Shown here in pieces: positions 59,019 through 64,000 of a stretch of 64,000 nt of DNA. Under the pieces are notes generated by a model that did not search any database, had not been told where the DNA came from, and was given only the letters and a program-made list of their open reading frames with translations. Position 1 is the first letter of the stretch. Each line of letters begins with the position of its first letter. Source of the DNA: Candidatus Omnitrophota bacterium (GTDB lineage Bacteria; Omnitrophota; Gorgyraeia; Zapsychrales; Fredricksoniimonadaceae); the NCBI GenBank assembly GCA_903944345.1, contig CAJARJ010000011.1:3460-67459 (forward strand), read 5' to 3'. The position numbers and the translations under genes were made by a program.

Positions 59019-60281
59019 TCAGGACAAAGCCTGCCGCGAAATCAGATTCAAAAGCATGCCTTGCAACCGGGGGTTCTTCAGTTTCCCGGTCACATCATCA
59101 ACAAACCCGGAAATCAGCATATTCAACGCTTCTTCCCTGACAATCGCCCGGGATAAAAGATAAAACAACTGATCCTCATCCAACTGGCCTATTGTCGCGC
59201 CATGGGTGCAACGAACATCGTCTGCCATAATTTCCAGTTGAGGCTTGGTGTCCACCCGGGCCTCAGAACTCAAAAGGAGGTTTCGGTTAAGCTGATAGGC
59301 GCTGGTTTTCTGAGCTTCCCGACGGACAATTACCTTGCCGTTAAAGATCGAATGTGATTCCTCGCGCAAAATGCTCTTATAAAGCTGGGTACTGGTCGCG
59401 TCGGGAGCGATATGCTCTACGCAGGTATGGCTGTCGGCATGAGCCGTACCGGCAAGGGCATGCAGGCCATTGACCGCCGCCTGAGCTCCCGGCTCTGTAA
59501 GGAGAACCGAAAGGTTGTCACGAACAAGTGCCCCGCCATTGGTATAGAAAAACAGGTCTGACCGGCTGTCACGACTCTGATGAATCCGGGCTGAAGAAAT
59601 CTGGACGGCGGAAGAATGATGGACAAAAGCACGCAGATATTCGAGAGAAGCCCCTTCCTGCAGGAAAACATCTGCCACATTTGTGATAAAAAGCCCGCCA
59701 TCCCCTGCCAGAAAAGTTTCAGAAAGAACCAGAGAAGACCGCGCTTCAGCCAGCACACATATGCGAGGGAAGAAAGCCGCATCAGCCGCTCCGGTGTAAT
59801 AATGAAGAATATGACACTCCGCCGCTGCGTTCTTGTTCAGGCGCAGAAACACCGGAGCAGAAAAATACGCAAGATTCAGGGCAAACAAAGCAGGATGGTC
59901 ATTGGGCAGCGGCGCAAGAACCTTGGCCCGCAATGCTGCGGGCAAAAGGTCAAACCCTGCCGCAGAAGAGAAGAACTCCACTCCTGCCGGCAAACATGAA
60001 AGCCGTGGACAAAAACTGCCGTTAACAAAAACAACTGTATCCGGAGCAGGTGAAACGCCCTCGTCCGGCAAAACAGAAGAAGAGCCGTCCACAGCAGGAA
60101 TACGAAGCGTTCGCCTCCCCAGAAAAGAAGTATCGGTATATTTCCACTCTTCGTCTTTGCTGGCAGGCCATTCAGAGGAAAGAATCATGTCTCCGGCAGT
60201 TTTCCGGGCAGAAAGCAACCATTCAGGCCAGTTCTCAGTTTTGCGTCCGTCTTCCTGTTTTTCAAGAACAAAGTTTTTCAT
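59019..60281 (-). CDS. sufD: Fe-S cluster assembly protein SufD.
   Basis: SufB/D beta-helix C-terminal region. Position between sufC and sufS. Confidence 0.75.
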   Translation of the reverse strand: MKNFVLEKQEDGRKTENWPEWLLSARKTAGDMILSSEWPASKDEEWKYTDTSFLGRRTLRIPAVDGSSSVLPDEGVSPAPDTVVFVNGSFCPRLSCLPAGVEFFSSAAGFDLLPAALRAKVLAPLPNDHPALFALNLAYFSAPVFLRLNKNAAAECHILHYYTGAADAAFFPRICVLAEARSSLVLSETFLAGDGGLFITNVADVFLQEGASLEYLRAFVHHSSAVQISSARIHQSRDSRSDLFFYTNGGALVRDNLSVLLTEPGAQAAVNGLHALAGTAHADSHTCVEHIAPDATSTQLYKSILREESHSIFNGKVIVRREAQKTSAYQLNRNLLLSSEARVDTKPQLEIMADDVRCTHGATIGQLDEDQLFYLLSRAIVREEALNMLISGFVDDVTGKLKNPRLQGMLLNLISRQALS

Positions 60282-60313
60282 AACACCCTGATATTTTCTT
60301 CGCCCGAAACGGC

Positions 60314-61084
60314 TCAGGCCTTGATCAGCCAGTCGTAGCCTCTGTTTTCTACCTCAAGAGCCAGCTCGGGCCCTCCCGATTTGATGATTCTTCCTTTATA
60401 AAGAATATGCACAAAATCGGGCCGAATATAATTCAAAAGACGCTGATAATGCGTAATGACCAGCATGGCATTGCGCTTGCCGCGCAGAACATTGACGCCG
60501 TTAGCCACAATTCTCATGGAATCGACATCCAGTCCGGAATCGGTTTCATCAAGAATAGACAAACGCGGATTAAGCACGGCCATCTGCAGAATCTCGTTGC
60601 GTTTTTTCTCTCCACCAGAAAAATCGACATTAACCGGGCGGTCGATATATTTTGCGTCCATATCAAGGATTTTCATCTTCTCCCGGACAAAAATGTCAAA
60701 ATCAATCGGATCCATCTCGGCCAACCCGTGATGACGCGCAACCGCATTATAGGCCGCCCGCAGAAAAAGTGCCGTGGACACCCCGGGAACTTCCACAGGA
60801 TACTGAAAGGCCAGAAAAATGCCTTCCCGGGCACGTTGGTCAGGCTCAAAGGCGGAAATATCCTTCATGGTTCCGCCAATATCAAACTCGATACTCCCTT
60901 TGTCCACCTTGTACTGCGGGTGTCCGGCCAAAATTTTGGAAAGAGTACTTTTGCCGGAACCGTTGGGTCCCATAATCGCATGTACCTCGCCAGCCTGCAC
61001 GGACAATGACAACCCCTGCAAAATCTGGTTGCCTTCCACGCTCGCATAAAGATCCCTGATATTCAGCATAATTCGCCCCTTCAA
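60314..61084 (-). CDS. sufC: Fe-S cluster assembly ATPase SufC.
   Basis: Walker A GPNGSGKST. ABC signature FSGGEKKRNE. Walker B ILDETDSGLD. Confidence 0.9.
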   Translation of the reverse strand: MKGRIMLNIRDLYASVEGNQILQGLSLSVQAGEVHAIMGPNGSGKSTLSKILAGHPQYKVDKGSIEFDIGGTMKDISAFEPDQRAREGIFLAFQYPVEVPGVSTALFLRAAYNAVARHHGLAEMDPIDFDIFVREKMKILDMDAKYIDRPVNVDFSGGEKKRNEILQMAVLNPRLSILDETDSGLDVDSMRIVANGVNVLRGKRNAMLVITHYQRLLNYIRPDFVHILYKGRIIKSGGPELALEVENRGYDWLIKA

Positions 61085-62542
61085 TTACCCGACACTTCCT
61101 TCTAGCTTCATTTCAAGCAACTTGACCGCCTCCACCGCAAACTCAAGCGGCAGCTGCTTAAAGACTTCCTTACAAAAACCGTTAATAAGCAAAGAAATAG
61201 CTTCTTCTTTACTCATGCCGCGCGACTGGAGATAAAAAACCTGATCCGCACTGATGCGCGAGGTGCTGGCCTCATGTTCCAGTGTCGCCGAATTGTTTTC
61301 AACCTCAACATAAGGAAAAGTATTGGCGCTGCAATTGTTGCCAACCAGCATGGAGTCGCACTGGGAAAAATTACGGGCATTCTGCGCTGTAGGCAAAACC
61401 TTGACCAGCCCCCGGTAGCTGTTGCTGGAAAAATCAGAAGATATTCCCTTGGACACAATCGTGCTTCTGGTATTACGTCCGATATGGATCATTTTTGTTC
61501 CGGTATCAGCGACCATGCGGTTATTAGTCAGGGCAACCGAATAAAATTCACCCACCGAATTGTCTCCCAAAAGAATGCAGCTTGGATACTTCCAGGTAAT
61601 GGCTGAACCGGCCTCGACCTGGGTCCAGGATATCCTGGAATTACGTCCGGAGCATTTGCCGCGCTTGGTGACAAAATTGTAAATACCCCCGCGACCTTCC
61701 TTGTCGCCCGCATACCAGTTCTGAACCGTCGAATACTTGATCTGGGCATCGTCCAGAGCGATCAATTCAACCACGGCGGCATGCAGCTGGTTTTCATCGC
61801 GAACAGGAGCAGTGCACCCTTCCAGATAACTGACATAAGATCCCTTGTCGGCAACAAGAAGCGTTCGCTCAAACTGCCCGGTGTCTTTGGCATTAATCCG
61901 AAAATAAGTGGAAAGTTCCACCGGACAACGAACCCCCGGCGGAATATAACAAAAAGAACCATCTGTAAAAACAGCAGAATTAAGCGCAGCAAAGAAATTG
62001 TCCGTTACAGGAACAACGCTGCCCAGATACTTACGAACAAGGTCCGGGCACTTGGTCATGGCCTCGGAAATAGGACAGAAAATAATCCCCAGCTGCTCCA
62101 GTTCTTTCTGATGAGTGGTCCCGACAGAAACGCTGTCAAAAACCGCATCCACCGCCACTCCGGTCAGACGCTTCTGCTCACTCAAGGGAATGCCAAGTCG
62201 TTCAAATGTCCTGACAACTTCCTGATCAACCTCAGCGAGACTAGAAGGGCCTGAGGAAGACTTTTTGGGAGCGGAATAATAAGAAATCGACTGATAATCA
62301 ATGGGCGGATAACTGAAATGAGCCCAATGCGGCTCTTTCATCGTCAGCCAATGATCATAGGCCTTGAGTCGCCACTCAAGCATGAACTCCGGCTCATTCT
62401 TTTTTGCCGAAATAAACCTGATACGGTCTTTGTCCAGGCCTTTGGGAGCGCTATCGGCCCCCACATCGGTGACAAAACCGTACTGGTATTCGCCTGTCAG
62501 TCCTGATTCCGGCAATTTCCCGGATTCGTTTTTCTCTGGCAT
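61085..62542 (-). CDS. sufB: Fe-S cluster assembly scaffold SufB.
   Basis: 485 aa. Conserved SufB C-terminal region; sits upstream of sufC. Confidence 0.85.
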   Translation of the reverse strand: MPEKNESGKLPESGLTGEYQYGFVTDVGADSAPKGLDKDRIRFISAKKNEPEFMLEWRLKAYDHWLTMKEPHWAHFSYPPIDYQSISYYSAPKKSSSGPSSLAEVDQEVVRTFERLGIPLSEQKRLTGVAVDAVFDSVSVGTTHQKELEQLGIIFCPISEAMTKCPDLVRKYLGSVVPVTDNFFAALNSAVFTDGSFCYIPPGVRCPVELSTYFRINAKDTGQFERTLLVADKGSYVSYLEGCTAPVRDENQLHAAVVELIALDDAQIKYSTVQNWYAGDKEGRGGIYNFVTKRGKCSGRNSRISWTQVEAGSAITWKYPSCILLGDNSVGEFYSVALTNNRMVADTGTKMIHIGRNTRSTIVSKGISSDFSSNSYRGLVKVLPTAQNARNFSQCDSMLVGNNCSANTFPYVEVENNSATLEHEASTSRISADQVFYLQSRGMSKEEAISLLINGFCKEVFKQLPLEFAVEAVKLLEMKLEGSVG

Positions 62543-62545
62543 GGC

Positions 62546-62944
62546 TCAGATCATTTCCTTTACAGTGATTTCCCTGAAAACCTTGAGCATACGGGCATTA
62601 AGCCCCAGCATCGCATCTTTAAGTACACAATCTTCGGCCCGCTCACAAACAGGCGGTTGGCGACAGCAATCGGTCACAGCAAAAGGCCCGACTATCATAC
62701 CACTGAGATCATACAAGGAGAGCCCGGAGAAATCCTTCTCCTTACGGTAACCGCCGCAAGCCCCCTGCTCGGCAGACAACAACCCGTTTTGTGCCATAAT
62801 CTGCAAGACACGCGCTGTGGGATCAAAAGGAATCTTGTAACGGAGCGAAATCTGCTTGGCCGTAACAAGCTCTTGTCCCGGTCTTTCGTTGATATACTTA
62901 AGAGCAATCAAGGCGTACTTTATCTTTTTATGAATCTTGAACAT
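62546..62944 (-). CDS. Rrf2 family transcriptional regulator (IscR/SufR-like) with three Cys.
   Basis: Start MFKIHKKIKYALIALKYI (Rrf2 HTH). Cys residues in GACGGY...CC...C. Confidence 0.8.
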   Translation of the reverse strand: MFKIHKKIKYALIALKYINERPGQELVTAKQISLRYKIPFDPTARVLQIMAQNGLLSAEQGACGGYRKEKDFSGLSLYDLSGMIVGPFAVTDCCRQPPVCERAEDCVLKDAMLGLNARMLKVFREITVKEMI

Positions 62945-62960
62945 AGCCGGAACCTTTACC

Positions 62961-63515
62961 TCAGGCGAGCTCCACAACTATGGCAGGATCAAACTGTTCC
63001 CTCAAAATATTCTGGATAGCGTAAAGTGTGCCCATTGCAGCATGCGGACAACAACCGCAAGCGCCCTGATAGCTGATCCTGAGCACCTTATCCTGCAAAT
63101 CAATCACCTGAAGGTCTCCGCCGTCATGCTGCAGGGCCGGACGGATTGTTCCATCGAGAATCTGCTCAATCCTTGCCAGGTCTCCGGTCAGCTTCGGAGC
63201 ACAACTTCCCGGGGCATCCAGCATAAAATCAGGATTATGCGCATCAATACCAGCAGAAATCACGTCCTTCAGCGACTTCTCAAGAACATCCCAATCCGCC
63301 AACCCGTCCTGGGTTACGGTGATAAAGGATCCGCTGAAATAAACATCCGTAACGTGCCCTACAGCGAGCAGAGCAGACGCCAGCGGGACGGACTCCGCGC
63401 GACTTTTATCGGAAGGCTTGAAGACCACGCTGTCCCGACTTTTGACCGGAACATCCAGAACAAATTTGAGAGCATTTGGATTAGGCGTTGGCTGCACTGA
63501 AATACGGATTGACAT
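62961..63515 (-). CDS. Nfu/NifU-like Fe-S cluster carrier protein (Nfu_N plus C-terminal NifU domain).
   Basis: C-terminal CGCCP (CxxC) NifU motif. N-terminal scaffold domain. Confidence 0.7.
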   Translation of the reverse strand: MSIRISVQPTPNPNALKFVLDVPVKSRDSVVFKPSDKSRAESVPLASALLAVGHVTDVYFSGSFITVTQDGLADWDVLEKSLKDVISAGIDAHNPDFMLDAPGSCAPKLTGDLARIEQILDGTIRPALQHDGGDLQVIDLQDKVLRISYQGACGCCPHAAMGTLYAIQNILREQFDPAIVVELA

Positions 63516-63609
63516 AAAATCCCCTTCTTAAACTAGTAAAGATTTGTACGACGCGACTTTGAAAAACAAATTATCGCCGGAAAAGTATTTTTATAGTACA
63601 CCGCTCTTA

Positions 63610-63630
63610 TTAAGTCGTCAAGCGACTTAA
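63610..63630. promoter_or_regulatory. Perfect 8-bp-arm inverted repeat TTAAGTCG-tcaag-CGACTTAA, about 95 bp upstream of the nfu-rrf2-suf operon; candidate Rrf2 operator.
   Basis: Seen directly. No T-tract follows on either strand, so it is less likely to be a terminator. Confidence 0.35.
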
Positions 63631-63659
63631 TTGGAATGGTGTGGTGCGTCATTCTGCAC

Positions 63660-64000
63660 TCAAGGCAAAGATTCCAAACACTTCAAAATCGAGCCAGCCG
63701 CTTTTTTTGCCATTCCCATCGCCTCAATAACAGTCCCCTCGCCACCCACCACATCTCCTCCCGCGTAAACTCCCTGAAGGGAGGTTCGCATGGTATGCGG
63801 ATCAACTGTAATATCCAGATTGCTGTTAACCTCAAGCCCCGGAGTCGCCCGAACAAGCACCTGGTTGGCGGTAAGACCTATCGCCACAATGGCCTGGTCG
63901 AAATCCAGAACAAAAACGCTGCCCGGAATTTCCTGGGGCCGACGACGGCCTCGGGCATCCGGCTCTCCCAAACGGCATCGCAGGCACTCCAAAGACTGCA
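63660..64000 (-). CDS. C-terminal part of an FAD/NAD(P)-binding oxidoreductase (GltD-like); the 5' end lies beyond the right edge.
   Basis: GVYAGGDVVGG motif. The ORF is open to the window end. Confidence 0.55.
   Translation of the reverse strand, partial: QSLECLRCRLGEPDARGRRRPQEIPGSVFVLDFDQAIVAIGLTANQVLVRATPGLEVNSNLDITVDPHTMRTSLQGVYAGGDVVGGEGTVIEAMGMAKKAAGSILKCLESLP

Overview
This is a 64-kb window from a moderately GC-rich bacterial chromosome, probably a deltaproteobacterium or Desulfobacterota-like anaerobe. Almost every gene is on the minus strand.

Left third (1-18.7 kb): four tandem paralogous genes encode large Sec-secreted proteins. One runs off the left edge; the others are 2814, 915 and 1372 aa. 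They share a roughly 330-aa N-terminal module that I cannot assign to a named family, and they end in a conserved roughly 55-aa C-terminal tag with a VGGID(L/I) motif. Their middle regions differ: one is a membrane-spanning giant, one is unknown, and one is a GH77 4-alpha-glucanotransferase fused to an amylo-1,6-glucosidase (a eukaryote-type glycogen-debranching architecture). A SAM-dependent methyltransferase and an orphan A24 (prepilin-peptidase-like) membrane protein sit inside the array. The duplicated upstream regions carry a conserved 18-bp motif, AACAATTCTGTGTGTCAC. This block is the best candidate for an undescribed system.

Middle (18.7-43.6 kb): housekeeping and accessory genes include a metallophosphoesterase, a DUF2339-like membrane protein, an LplT-PlsC-Aas triple fusion, MarR, a CDF transporter, a complete chemotaxis operon (hybrid sensor kinase, CheA, CheR, CheB, two CheY, a CheD-REC fusion, an MCP and CheW) and an NADH oxidase/CoA-disulfide reductase.

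Right third (43.7-64 kb): a small AT-rich island remnant (ATPase-fragment pseudogene, lipoprotein, lytic transglycosylase, DUF4143 ATPase) abuts tRNA-Ser(GCT), which has a 21-bp duplicate of its 3' end 139 bp away. Then come tadA, tRNA-Arg(ACG), a UvrD-like helicase paired with an EndoQ-like PHP/Zn-ribbon nuclease, a PIG-L deacetylase, an anion permease, a HisJ-like PHP phosphatase, divergent ispG and ispH, murB, and an nfu-rrf2-sufBCD-sufS-sufU iron-sulfur operon.

I found no CRISPR array and no intact transposase or integrase.
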